A DNA stretch of 64,000 bases, taken from NCBI GenBank assembly GCA_036742015.1, contig DAINRF010000005.1:35627-99626 (forward strand). The letters are read 5' to 3'. Position numbers and translations under genes: made by a program. Positions 17,543-26,437 of the stretch are shown piece by piece (position 1 is the stretch's first letter; each line of letters begins with the position of its first letter). The notes beneath the pieces were generated by a model. The model was given only the letters and a program-made list of their open reading frames with translations. It searched no databases and had not been told where the DNA came from. Source of the stretch: Mesorhizobium sp. Its GTDB lineage: Bacteria > Pseudomonadota > Alphaproteobacteria > Rhizobiales > Rhizobiaceae.

Positions 17543-18811
17543 TTAGAGCGTCTTCAGCTCCATACGCTTGCCCGGTGTCGGCGGCTCGATGATCGACGCG
17601 CCGTCCACTGAAACATAATCGGTCACAGCAAAGCCCGACGCCTCTGTTGACGACGGTTCGATCTTGTAAAGTTCGCCGTTCTTGATCGCCTGATTGTCTT
17701 CCGGGCGAATGGTTCGTTTGCCGGTAGCGCTGTCGAATGTCAGGCCCTTCAGGGCAGCGATGACGTCACCGGTTTCGGTCGATCCATTGGCCTTCTCGAT
17801 GGCCGTCTTGTAGGCGATGATCGCAGCCTGTGACTCAGCGGCCCAGCCCATCGGATACTTGTCGTTGGTGCGCTTGACATATTCGTCGTAGAGATTGTCC
17901 GATAGCGGATTGCCCTTGTTGGTCTCGAAATACCAATGCGACCCTGTCCAATGCACCGGCACCTGATTGCCGAGCGCCTTTGCGGCAAGAAATTCATTGG
18001 CCGAGTCAAGCAGCAGTTCCGTCTTGTCGAACAGGCCGAACGGCTTTGCCTGCTGGTAAAGGGTCACCGCATCGCCGCCGTAGACCGACGTGTAGAGCCC
18101 CTTCACCGGAAGGCGCATGGCCTGGGCGATGAAGCTCTTGTAGTCACCCGACCCATAAGGGACCAGGATCGGGTCCGCGATGGTTGGCTGCTTGCCGGTC
18201 TTCTCAGGATAGAGAGACAGCATGGAGTCGACAAAGATCGCCCATGTCGTGCGGCCATATTCGTGGTCAGGGATGATGCCGCCCCAGGTGTCGATCTCAG
18301 GCGCAATGTTGATTGCGTGCCGGGCAAGGCCCTTGTTGCGCCCGAACGGGCCGTCGCCAATACGGAAGACATGCTCGTTGTAGCCCTCATGGTTGAGCTT
18401 CTCGGTGCCGGCGCCGGACGTCATGTGGACGCCACCCTCCTGCTGCATGAGCGGACCCATTGCGAGCGCAACCGGGCTGGCGATTGCGCCAAGCGTCAGG
18501 TTGACGCCTGACCCGACAAGTTCGCGCGTCACGACTGCTGCATCGTTCGGGTTGGCCTTGTCGTCCCGGAATTCCAGCTTCACCTGCTTGCCGCCGATGC
18601 CGCCATTGGCGTTGACCCAGTCCGCACCAATCTCTGCGCCAATCTTGACGAAGTTGCCGATCAGTTGCTGGGGGCCTGACAGCGGCGTGATGACGCCGAT
18701 GGTAATCGCTTCCTGTGCCGCGCTGCGCAACACGAAAGGCATCTGCAATGCCGCGGCGCCGCCGATGGCCGCTCCGCCAGCCAGTACACTACGTCTCGTC
18801 AATCTGGTCAT
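17543..18811 (-). CDS. ABC transporter substrate-binding protein (type-1 periplasmic binding fold, Leu/Ile/Val-binding family)
   Basis: Signal-like leader MTRLTRRSVLAGGAAIGGAAALQ. ATG 18811 is preceded by a GGAGGAG RBS; the track ORF opens at TTG 18829. Confidence 0.85.
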   Translation of the reverse strand: MTRLTRRSVLAGGAAIGGAAALQMPFVLRSAAQEAITIGVITPLSGPQQLIGNFVKIGAEIGADWVNANGGIGGKQVKLEFRDDKANPNDAAVVTRELVGSGVNLTLGAIASPVALAMGPLMQQEGGVHMTSGAGTEKLNHEGYNEHVFRIGDGPFGRNKGLARHAINIAPEIDTWGGIIPDHEYGRTTWAIFVDSMLSLYPEKTGKQPTIADPILVPYGSGDYKSFIAQAMRLPVKGLYTSVYGGDAVTLYQQAKPFGLFDKTELLLDSANEFLAAKALGNQVPVHWTGSHWYFETNKGNPLSDNLYDEYVKRTNDKYPMGWAAESQAAIIAYKTAIEKANGSTETGDVIAALKGLTFDSATGKRTIRPEDNQAIKNGELYKIEPSSTEASGFAVTDYVSVDGASIIEPPTPGKRMELKTL

Positions 18812-18840
18812 TTCAATCAACTCCTCCAAATTAATTGCCG

Positions 18841-19644
18841 TCAGTCGCCCGAGAACACGGGCTTTCTCTTTTCCCGGAAGGCCGAAACTGCTTCCTGGTG
18901 ATCCTTGGAAATATTGGACAGGGTCTCGTAGCCGATGCTTGCATCCATCATCGAGTGAGCAAGTTGTTTGAGCGGCAGATTGGTGACCACCTTGGTCCAG
19001 CGTATCGACTTGCGCGCGCCGCCAGCCAGCCGCCGAGCCAGGCCATAGACCTCATCGTCCAGTTGTTCGGCGGCGACGGCGCGATTGATCAGACCCATAC
19101 GCGCCGCCTCGGCAGCGGGGATCGGGTCGCCTGTCAGAAGATATTCCTTGGCGCGCAGGAAGCCAATCAGCTGCGGCCAGAGCACTGCGCCGCCATCGCC
19201 TGCGACCAGGCCGATTGAGACATGCGGGTCGCCGATCTTCGCCTTTTCGGCAGCGATGACAACGTCGCAGCTCAGTGCGATTGTCGCTCCAAGACCCATT
19301 GCGTGACCATTCATGCGGCAGATCAGCGGCTTTTCCATATCGAGCTGTGAGAAGATGATGCGCTTGGCTTCAATCCCGGTCAGGGTGAACATGTCGGGGT
19401 TATCGATCGAGTCCTGCATCCAGTCGACGTCGCCGCCTGCGCAGAACGCCCGGCCAGCGCCAGTCAGGACCACAATGTCGGAATCCGGGTCGTCGTTAGC
19501 GTCGAGGAAAACACGGGACAGCTCGGTATGAAGCTTGGCGTTTACGGCATTCAGCGTGTCTGGCAGATTGAGCGTGATCGTAAGAATGCGCCCTTCCCTG
19601 CTGAAGGCGATTGTCTCGTAGCCCTTGAAAAAATCGACGCTCAT
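18841..19644 (-). CDS. enoyl-CoA hydratase/isomerase (crotonase) family protein
   Basis: VVLTGAGRAFCAGGD oxyanion-hole region and overall crotonase pattern; 267 aa. Confidence 0.9.
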   Translation of the reverse strand: MSVDFFKGYETIAFSREGRILTITLNLPDTLNAVNAKLHTELSRVFLDANDDPDSDIVVLTGAGRAFCAGGDVDWMQDSIDNPDMFTLTGIEAKRIIFSQLDMEKPLICRMNGHAMGLGATIALSCDVVIAAEKAKIGDPHVSIGLVAGDGGAVLWPQLIGFLRAKEYLLTGDPIPAAEAARMGLINRAVAAEQLDDEVYGLARRLAGGARKSIRWTKVVTNLPLKQLAHSMMDASIGYETLSNISKDHQEAVSAFREKRKPVFSGD

Positions 19645-19669
19645 TCACTCGCTCCCTGAAAAATGCAGC

Positions 19670-20773
19670 CTACGCATAGACGCCCGTCTTGATGCCCGGG
19701 GCCATACGGTCGAGCTGAACGTGCTCGTCGCCATAGGCCAGACCAAATGCCTTGATGCGGCGAAAACCTGCGCCAAGCGGCAGGTCTTCCGTCATGCCAA
19801 CGCCGCCGTGAAGCTGGATCGCCTCGCGCGCTACATGGATCGTCCGGGACAAGACGCCTGCCTTCGCGGCAGCGATCGCGTGAACCTTGTCCGCCTCACT
19901 GTCTGCCGAGCCCAGCTTGACGGTCGCCATGATCGACAGGGAGCGGGCCTCCTCCACCGCAACGAACATGTCGGCGAGCCTGTGCTGCACCGCCTGGAAC
20001 GTGCCGATAGGCTGGCCGAATTGACGGCGTGTTTTCACATAGTCCAGCGTCGTGTCGAGCAGGAACTGCGCGATACCGACGGCTTCCGCGCAGGCGGCGG
20101 CGATTGCGAATTGTTCCGCCCGGGCAAGCGCAGCCTGTGCAACTGTCCCCGAAGCAAGAAGCCCGTCTGACGCGATCTTGACCCTGTCGAAGGCGATATC
20201 TGCAGCATAACCGTCGCCAAGCGTACGATAGGCGGTCCGCGCTATACCGGACGCATCAGCGTTCACCTTGACCAGCGCTGGCTCGCCATCCATCTGGCAC
20301 ACCACCAGATATGCGTCGGCAGCCTCGCCGATCGGGACAAATCGCTTGATCCCAGACAACTCGTATCCGCCGGGGCCCGGGCTCAAGTTCGTTGGAACCT
20401 TGTCAACGATGGCAACGGTGTAGATCTTGTCGCCGCTGATGATGCCGGCAACCTCTTCGCCGCCTGGCCTCATATCGGCGACGAGTCTCAACGCGTGAAC
20501 CGCGGCGTCCACCGTCGGCTGCGGGGCCAGGCCATAACCGGACTGCTCGAGAATCACCATCGTCTCGATGGGACTGCCGCCCCACCCGCCTTCGGCTTCA
20601 GAAAGACCCGCGCCGATCCAGCCCAGATCAGCCATTTCTTTCCAGACGCCGCGATCAATGCCATTGAAAGACATGGCGCGCTTGCGGCGCGTCGATTCAG
20701 GAAAACGCTCTGCGACAAAGCGTGTCACGCCGTCCTTCAGCTGGGTCTGTTCGGATGTGGGGGTCAAATTCAT
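19670..20773 (-). CDS. acyl-CoA dehydrogenase family protein (second, divergent subunit-like copy)
   Basis: QFGQPIGTFQAVQHRLADM and QLHGGVGMTEDLPLG ACAD C-terminal motifs. ATG at 20773 (MNLTPTSEQ) lies 10 nt after the upstream stop with a GAGGA RBS. Confidence 0.85.
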   Translation of the reverse strand: MNLTPTSEQTQLKDGVTRFVAERFPESTRRKRAMSFNGIDRGVWKEMADLGWIGAGLSEAEGGWGGSPIETMVILEQSGYGLAPQPTVDAAVHALRLVADMRPGGEEVAGIISGDKIYTVAIVDKVPTNLSPGPGGYELSGIKRFVPIGEAADAYLVVCQMDGEPALVKVNADASGIARTAYRTLGDGYAADIAFDRVKIASDGLLASGTVAQAALARAEQFAIAAACAEAVGIAQFLLDTTLDYVKTRRQFGQPIGTFQAVQHRLADMFVAVEEARSLSIMATVKLGSADSEADKVHAIAAAKAGVLSRTIHVAREAIQLHGGVGMTEDLPLGAGFRRIKAFGLAYGDEHVQLDRMAPGIKTGVYA

Positions 20774-20783
20774 GGCGAGATCC

Positions 20784-21965
20784 TCACAAGCCCAGCGAAT
20801 GCTTCGCGATGATGTTGCGCTGGATCTCGTTTGATCCGCCCCAGATGGTCGGCGCCTTCTGAAACAGCATTTCGCCGACAACGCCCATATCCTCGACAAG
20901 ATCTGGGGCCTGCAGATTGGAGCCGTCCATCAGCCATGCGTGGTCATAGGGCAGTGCGTCACGCCCCATGACATCGACCGAGAATTCGCCAAGCTGCTGC
21001 ATGATCGTCGAGCCGCGCAGCTTCAACAGCGAGGCCTCTGCGCCAACCACGCCGCCCGACATGACAACGTCAAGCAATCTCAGCGTCGTCCATTCTAGCG
21101 CCATCACATCAATCTCGAAGCGCGCGTAACGGTCGAGGAAGCGCTGGCTATCCGACAGGCCGCGCTCGTCTCCGAGACGCTTGATCCGTTCCAGAAAACG
21201 CTTGGCCTTGCCAACTTCAGCCGACAGCACCCGTTCATGGCCGAGCAGGAATTTCGCGTAGGTCCAGCCCTTGTTTTCTTCGCCAACCAGATTCTCAACC
21301 GGCACGCGAACGTCTTCGAAGAACACCTGGTTGAGATGGTGATGCCCTTCGATCGAGGTGATCGGTTGAACCGTCACGCCTTTGGACCGCATGTCGATCA
21401 GCAGAAACGAAATGCCGCTTTGCGGCCGAACGTCCGGATCAGTGCGAACCAGCGCAAAGACCCAGTCCGCCCAATGGGCGAATGAGGTCCAGATTTTGGA
21501 ACCGTTGACGACGTAGTGGTTACCGTCGCGGACCGCTTTGGTTGACAGGCCCGCCAGGTCGGAGCCCGCATTCGGCTCGGAATAGCCTTGGCACCAGAAC
21601 GTTTTGTTCGAGATGATGCCAGGAAGGTGCTGGCGCTTTTGCTCCTCATTTCCGTAGGTGTAGATGACCGGTCCGACGTAGTTGATGCCCATCGGGATCA
21701 ACCAGGGTGCGCCCAGCCGGGTCGTTTCTTCCTGGAAAATGAAACTCTCCGTCGGCGACCAGCCCAGGCCGCCAAACTCCTTCGGCCAGAAACCGACGAG
21801 CCAGCCTTTGTCTGCAAGAATGCTCTGCCAACGCATGTGATCGTCGCGCGTCAATGGTCGGCCAGCAAGCACCTTGGCGCGCACATCGGCTGGCAGATTG
21901 GCGCGCGTGAACGCACGCACATCGTCCGCAAACGATTGATGCTCAGTCGACCAGGCTCCGTCCAT
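20784..21965 (-). CDS. acyl-CoA dehydrogenase
   Basis: FWCQGYSEPNAGSDLAGL, VNGSKIWTS and C-terminal IWGGSNEIQRNIIA (catalytic Glu region); 393 aa. Confidence 0.9.
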   Translation of the reverse strand: MDGAWSTEHQSFADDVRAFTRANLPADVRAKVLAGRPLTRDDHMRWQSILADKGWLVGFWPKEFGGLGWSPTESFIFQEETTRLGAPWLIPMGINYVGPVIYTYGNEEQKRQHLPGIISNKTFWCQGYSEPNAGSDLAGLSTKAVRDGNHYVVNGSKIWTSFAHWADWVFALVRTDPDVRPQSGISFLLIDMRSKGVTVQPITSIEGHHHLNQVFFEDVRVPVENLVGEENKGWTYAKFLLGHERVLSAEVGKAKRFLERIKRLGDERGLSDSQRFLDRYARFEIDVMALEWTTLRLLDVVMSGGVVGAEASLLKLRGSTIMQQLGEFSVDVMGRDALPYDHAWLMDGSNLQAPDLVEDMGVVGEMLFQKAPTIWGGSNEIQRNIIAKHSLGL

Positions 21966-21984
21966 ACGTGTTCCTCCCGGATCA

Positions 21985-22003
21985 TTGCACGTCGCGATTG
22001 CAA
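21985..22003. promoter_or_regulatory. short inverted repeat TTGCA-N9-TGCAA upstream of the acyl-CoA operon (candidate TetR operator)
   Basis: ttgca (21985-21989) and tgcaa (21999-22003), 20-40 nt upstream of the ATG at 21965. The arms are only 5 bp. Confidence 0.25.
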
Positions 22004-22031
22004 GAAATGATTTATGATCCGATATTCATTT

Positions 22032-22211
22032 TTATGCATGACGAGGCGCGTCGCGCAAGTGGGCGACTTCAAATTTTTCGTGATCCAGGGAGGCAATTTC
22101 GTTTCGCGAGCCGGCATTGGCGTTTGGCGTCTCGTCACAGCCGGCGACCAAGAGATGCCAAGGCTGGCCTCGCAAGCGCGGCAGCGCATCAGAAATGACG
22201 ACAACCATCAT
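22032..22211 (-). pseudogene. cas2: cas2 (type I-E) remnant, shortened and divergent
   Basis: The minus-strand frame from ATGATG (22211) reads MMVVVISDALPRLRGQ..., matching the I-E Cas2 N-terminus (MLVVVTENVPPRLRGRL, from memory). It then diverges, leaving only 59 codons before TAA at 22032-22034. Confidence 0.5.
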
Positions 22212-22545
22212 CAGCGGTTGCCCTCGCCGCCGGTTGGCGCGTCATCAAAGACAGGGCCAACCGCCTCGGCCGCGGCTCTGGGCGCGTCATCTCACCGGCC
22301 GCAAGAACACTCTCGATCTACGGAATGATACGGGCGAGCAACCCGCTGCGCCTGAAGGAGACGCGGCAAGCAAGGCAAACGGCCCGATCGGGCGGCATAT
22401 CGAGTTTGCCTTTGGCGTGCTGACCCGGATTCTGGAATGCCTCAGGAACGACCGTGTCCAGCTTGAACGGATCAGCGATGTCATAGACGAAGCTGAGCGG
22501 TTTTCCGCTATGCAGAAAACCGATTGCCGGGGCATAGCCTGTCCG
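22189..22545 (-). pseudogene. cas1: cas1 (type I-E) remnant: C-terminal third only, with in-frame TAG
   Basis: Reads ..[36 protein letters not shown]...[32 protein letters not shown].. Compare E. coli Cas1 ..[35 protein letters not shown]...REVRLACRDIFRSSKTLAKLIPLIEDVLAAGE.. (from memory). The stop codon is at 22318-22320. Confidence 0.75.
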
Positions 22546-22548
22546 TCG

Positions 22549-22713
22549 CTGCGCGAATGGCTCTACCAAAGACCCTTCCATATCTCCGCTCAGCGGAACC
22601 GATGCATGCCCGCCTGGCTATGCGGCTACAACACCAGACGGTCTCACTTGGCGCTCGGCGGAAAGCCTCCAATCTCAAAACTCACGGATAACGTCTGTGG
22701 AAATGGCAGCTAG
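22549..22713 (+). mobile_element. C-terminal ~55 codons of a DDE transposase (IS481/IS3-like), fragment only
   Basis: [52 protein letters not shown] matches the typical ..W..YN..RPH.ALGG.PP..R.. transposase tail. No catalytic core or inverted repeats were recognised. Confidence 0.55.
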
Positions 22714-23657
22714 CGGCGTTTCACCGTCCTGAAACCCGTATTGCCGGTTGATGAATCCGGTGTGTTGGAACTGCGCGCAGACAGCCGATAGCGGCTGCAG
22801 TGGGAATGATGGCATAGATAGGAGCCGCCACGCACAACGCGCGCGGTACCCCTTTCAGGGCCTTGTGGATTGCGCAAGGGCGAGCGGGCATAGGTGTTGA
22901 GATTGAACCAGTCAGCGCACCATTCCCACACATTGCCCGTCATCTGATAGAGACCGAAGCCATTAGGCTCATAGTGCCGCGCGGGCGCGGTCGTCAGAAA
23001 CCCATCTGCCCGTAAATTCCGGTGCGGAAACTCCCCTTGCCACACATTTGCGTGATGCTTGCCGTCTTGTTCAAGCTCATCGCCCCAGGGGAAGCGCTGA
23101 CCCACCCGACCGCCGCGTGCCGCATATTCCCATTCCGCTTCGGTCGGAAGCTCCCGCCCGGACCATGCGCAAAAGGCAAGAGCATCATTGTGACTGACAT
23201 GCACGACCGGGTGATCGATCAAGTCCTCGATACCGGATTCCGGTCCATACGGATGACGCCAGTCTGCTCCGCGAACGCCAAGCCACCACGGCGCGCCAAA
23301 TGTCCCGATCACATCGCAATCCTTGGCCCGCACCGAAAGATGAAACACTGCGGAATTGCCGAAACGTTCGGCTTCGGTGCGATAGCCTGTTTCGTCCACA
23401 AAGCGGGCAAATTGACTGACCGTTACACAGGTGACGTCGATGCTGAAGGGACCGAGTTCGACTTCATGGACGGGCGCCTCACCATCGGCAAAGTAACCGT
23501 CGCCGAAACAGTCGCCCATCAGGAACCGGCCGCCAGCCAGGGAAACTTCATTCCGCGGCGTCTGTGGACGTTGATGCGCGGCTGGTGGCTGCCCGGAGCC
23601 AGGAGCGTCGCCATCGCTTTCTCGCGACGCTCCGCAACAGGAGTAATCGACTGGCAT
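22710..23657 (-). CDS. formylglycine-generating enzyme (FGE/SUMF1-type sulfatase-modifying factor)
   Basis: NVWEWCADWF, RVVRGGSYLCHHSHCSRYRLSARS and GNTGFR motifs. ATG 23657 is preceded by AGGAG. The polar N-terminus has no signal peptide. Confidence 0.85.
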   Translation of the reverse strand: MPVDYSCCGASRESDGDAPGSGQPPAAHQRPQTPRNEVSLAGGRFLMGDCFGDGYFADGEAPVHEVELGPFSIDVTCVTVSQFARFVDETGYRTEAERFGNSAVFHLSVRAKDCDVIGTFGAPWWLGVRGADWRHPYGPESGIEDLIDHPVVHVSHNDALAFCAWSGRELPTEAEWEYAARGGRVGQRFPWGDELEQDGKHHANVWQGEFPHRNLRADGFLTTAPARHYEPNGFGLYQMTGNVWEWCADWFNLNTYARSPLRNPQGPERGTARVVRGGSYLCHHSHCSRYRLSARSSNTPDSSTGNTGFRTVKRR

Positions 23658-23694
23658 GATCTTGCTCCTTCTGCGAGTGTCAGGCTTCTCGACC

Positions 23695-24861
23695 TCATCC
23701 GGCGATCGCAAACTTGCTGATGAACTTTCGATCCGGCTCCACCCCCAGGCCCGGGCCGGTCAGAACCGCAACTGTTCCGCTTCGCTTGACCTGGCCTTGA
23801 ACGTCAAGTGGCGTCATCAGGAGCTCATCGCGGAAGCGGTTTTCCGTCGTGTCAAACTCCAGCCACGGTTCGCGCGGAAACAGGCCGCCAGGAAGCGGTG
23901 GCATCGCAGCCAGGAGATGCAGATTGACCGCCACTGCAATCGCCGAACCCCACACATGGTTGACCACCGGCGTAAAGTGGGCGTGGCAAAGCGCAAGTAC
24001 CCTCAGATATTCAGTAATTCCGCCAAGCGCGCATACTTCCGGCTGTGCAATGTCAAGCGCCCGGGCTTCCAGCAGAGCACGCCAGCCCCAGCGGTTGAAC
24101 TCCGCCTCGCCTCCCGCGATGTTGACCCTCAATCCGGCGCGCAATTCACGATAGCCATCCAGATCTTCAGGCGCGACCGGCTCTTCGAACCAAAAAGCAT
24201 TCAGTTCATCCAGCGCCCGCCCGACATAGAAGGCGTCTGCAGTCGTATAGCAATGGTTGGCATCGGCCATGAAATCGAACTGATCGCCGACGCTTCTGCG
24301 CACCGCCGCTGCGAGCCTGATGTCGTCCCTTGGGCCTAGTCCAAGCTTCATCTTTGTTGCGACGAAACCCATGTCCTTGATCTTCGCCGCTTCGTCGGTA
24401 AAACGGGAGATGTGGTCTTCCACACTCTCGCGTTTGAGCATCATCCCGTAACCGTATGATCTTACGCTGGTCCGATGCGCGCCCCCGATCAGTTTGTGAA
24501 GCGGTTGACCGGTCACCTTTCCAGCTATGTCCCATAAAGCAATGTCCACACCCGAAAGCGATTGAAGCGCCATTCCCTTCTGGCCATGATCTCGCATGAG
24601 ATTGTAGGCTTTATGCCAGATAACATCGCGATCCATCGGGTTCATGCCGAGGATCATGGGAGAGATCACCCTTTCAACGATGCCCTTGTTGGCGAGCGCG
24701 ATGTTGCCCGGACCGAAGCATTCGCCCCATCCGGTCACGCCCTCGTCGGTCTCGACCTCCACGAGGTGAGCGGTGCGTTTTGAATAGTACTGCTGGGAGT
24801 ATCCCAACTCCTCGGGCATGTCACATTGCAGTACGTGGCTCGTGATACGCGTGATCTTCAT
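23695..24861 (-). CDS. enolase-superfamily enzyme, mandelate racemase subgroup (acid-sugar dehydratase-like)
   Basis: KxK (ATKMKLG), metal-ligand regions ADANH / WFEEP / AGGEAE, and HVWGS near the C-terminal barrel strands; 388 aa. Confidence 0.85.
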   Translation of the reverse strand: MKITRITSHVLQCDMPEELGYSQQYYSKRTAHLVEVETDEGVTGWGECFGPGNIALANKGIVERVISPMILGMNPMDRDVIWHKAYNLMRDHGQKGMALQSLSGVDIALWDIAGKVTGQPLHKLIGGAHRTSVRSYGYGMMLKRESVEDHISRFTDEAAKIKDMGFVATKMKLGLGPRDDIRLAAAVRRSVGDQFDFMADANHCYTTADAFYVGRALDELNAFWFEEPVAPEDLDGYRELRAGLRVNIAGGEAEFNRWGWRALLEARALDIAQPEVCALGGITEYLRVLALCHAHFTPVVNHVWGSAIAVAVNLHLLAAMPPLPGGLFPREPWLEFDTTENRFRDELLMTPLDVQGQVKRSGTVAVLTGPGLGVEPDRKFISKFAIAG

Positions 24862-24888
24862 TTGAGGGCCTCAAGAAACCAGTCGCCA

Positions 24889-25662
24889 CTACTTTCCTTG
24901 CCAGTGCAGAATCCGGCGCTGGATCCTGGTAATTGCCAGCTCCCAGGTCAGCCCGATCAGTCCGATTAATACGATCCCGATATAGGTCACAGAGATGTTG
25001 AAATACTGCGCGGAGTCGAGGATCAAGAAGCCAAGTCCAGCCTGTGCTCCAATTAACTCAGAGGCCACCACAAGCGTCCAGCTGATTGCGGAGGCCGCCC
25101 TGACTGCCGTCATGATCGATGGCATTGCGCCTGGAACCATGACGCGCGTGAACATCTGAAACCGGTTCAACCCGATGTTCTCACCGGCGCGCAGGTAGAG
25201 CTCGGGGATCGCACGAACGCCATCAGCAGTATTCAGAATGACGTACCACAGGCAAGCCATGAAAATCAGACCGATCTTCGGCCCTTCGCCGATGCCGAAA
25301 TAGTAGATGAAAAGGGTGATGAAGGCGATTGGCGGGATTGGGCGGAAGAAGCCGATGATCGGCGCCGTAATCGCCTCAATTACACGGCTGCGACCGATCA
25401 ACAGGCCAAGCGGGATGCCAACGATGAGCGACAGAGTAAAGCCCGTAAACGCTCGGAAAAGGCTCATTCCAACATGCCCGAACAGCGATGTACCCCCGTA
25501 GCCTTTTGTCAACAGCGTCACGAAAGCCGCCGCTAGATACGATGGGCTGGGGATAAAGTCCGGATCAGTCCAGCCGCTTTCCGTCGCAACCGCCCAAATC
25601 AGGATAACTGTCGACGCCGAGGCGATACTGATCCATTTCTGTGAGATCTGCGCGAGCGACAT
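24889..25662 (-). CDS. ABC transporter permease (NitT/TauT/SsuC family)
   Basis: Polytopic, with an EAA-like loop (AIPELYLRAGENIGLNRFQMFTRVMVPGAMP). ATG 25662 (MSLAQIS) lies 1 nt after the upstream stop; the 350-aa track ORF is an overlapping extension. Confidence 0.85.
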   Translation of the reverse strand: MSLAQISQKWISIASASTVILIWAVATESGWTDPDFIPSPSYLAAAFVTLLTKGYGGTSLFGHVGMSLFRAFTGFTLSLIVGIPLGLLIGRSRVIEAITAPIIGFFRPIPPIAFITLFIYYFGIGEGPKIGLIFMACLWYVILNTADGVRAIPELYLRAGENIGLNRFQMFTRVMVPGAMPSIMTAVRAASAISWTLVVASELIGAQAGLGFLILDSAQYFNISVTYIGIVLIGLIGLTWELAITRIQRRILHWQGK

Positions 25663-25663
25663 A

Positions 25664-26437
25664 TCAGTGCCCTTCCTGCCGCAACATTTCGATGATGTCT
25701 TTGCGCAGGGCAATGAAGCGCGCGTCCGACATAATGTCGTATGTACGAGGACGCTCGAAGGGAACATTGTGTATCTTGCCAATCCGCCCAGGCCGCGCTT
25801 CCATGACCACAACGCGATCTGCAAGGAAGATAGCCTCTTCAACATCGTGGGTGATAAAGATGATTGTTGGCTTGTATTCACTCCAGACAGACAACAGAAG
25901 TTCGTGCATCGACATGCGTGTCTGCGCGTCGAGTGCGCCAAAAGGTTCGTCCATCAGCATGATGCTAGGGCTCGCGACAAGTACGCGGGCAATCTGGGCT
26001 CGCTGACGCATCCCCCCGGACAATTGATAGGGATAGTGGTCTCCGAAATCGCCGAGACCGACACTTTGCAGAACATGCCCGGTCTTTTCAGCCAATGCCG
26101 TCAGGTCGACTCCAGCCGACTTTGGACCAAGCATGACGTTGCCCTTAACGCTGAGCCAGGGAAACAGGACGGGAGCCTGAAATACGACCCCGCGATCGGG
26201 GCTTGGTCCACCGACGTGCTTTCCATAAACATCAAGCGAACCAAGCGTAGGCTGGGTAAAGCCGGCAATGAGGTCAAGCAAGGTGGACTTGCCGCAACCG
26301 CTCGGCCCGACAATACAAACAATCTCCCGCGCCTGCACGGAAAGATCCACACCTTCAAGCGCGACAATGTTGCGCTCAGGTTGCCGCGCAGCCTCAAACA
26401 CTTTTTTGAGGCCGCGAATTTCAAGAGCTGTCGTCAC
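25664..26437 (-). CDS. ABC transporter ATP-binding protein (NitT/TauT/SsuB family)
   Basis: Walker A GPSGCGKST, signature LSGGMRQRAQIARVL, Walker B IMLMDEPFGALD. Confidence 0.9.
   Translation of the reverse strand: MTTALEIRGLKKVFEAARQPERNIVALEGVDLSVQAREIVCIVGPSGCGKSTLLDLIAGFTQPTLGSLDVYGKHVGGPSPDRGVVFQAPVLFPWLSVKGNVMLGPKSAGVDLTALAEKTGHVLQSVGLGDFGDHYPYQLSGGMRQRAQIARVLVASPSIMLMDEPFGALDAQTRMSMHELLLSVWSEYKPTIIFITHDVEEAIFLADRVVVMEARPGRIGKIHNVPFERPRTYDIMSDARFIALRKDIIEMLRQEGH

Noticed and set aside
21966-22031. CRISPR leader/repeat remnant downstream of the cas2 fragment (GTGTTCC at 21968-21974 resembles the start of I-E repeats)
   Set aside because: Only 7 nt match, there is no internal palindrome, and the orientation is wrong for an array transcribed with cas2. 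The motif overlaps the GGAGGA ribosome-binding site of the acyl-CoA dehydrogenase gene. No second copy was seen.
22117-22713. 198-aa plus-strand ORF spanning the graveyard region
   Set aside because: It is a chimeric read-through. Its first ~140 codons are antisense to the cas2/cas1 remnants and have no similarity to anything I recognise. Only the last ~55 codons are transposase-like, and those are reported separately.
24889-25941. N-terminally extended versions of several track ORFs. Examples: permease to 25941, CobT-like to 7140, GMC to 29461, AKR to 34754, ACAD to 20899, double ATPase to 44408, protease from 7192.
   Set aside because: The extensions overlap the preceding gene, lack family similarity and are Arg/Cys/Ser-rich. 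Internal ATGs placed just after the upstream stop, often with a GGAG-type RBS or ATGA overlap, give family-typical lengths.
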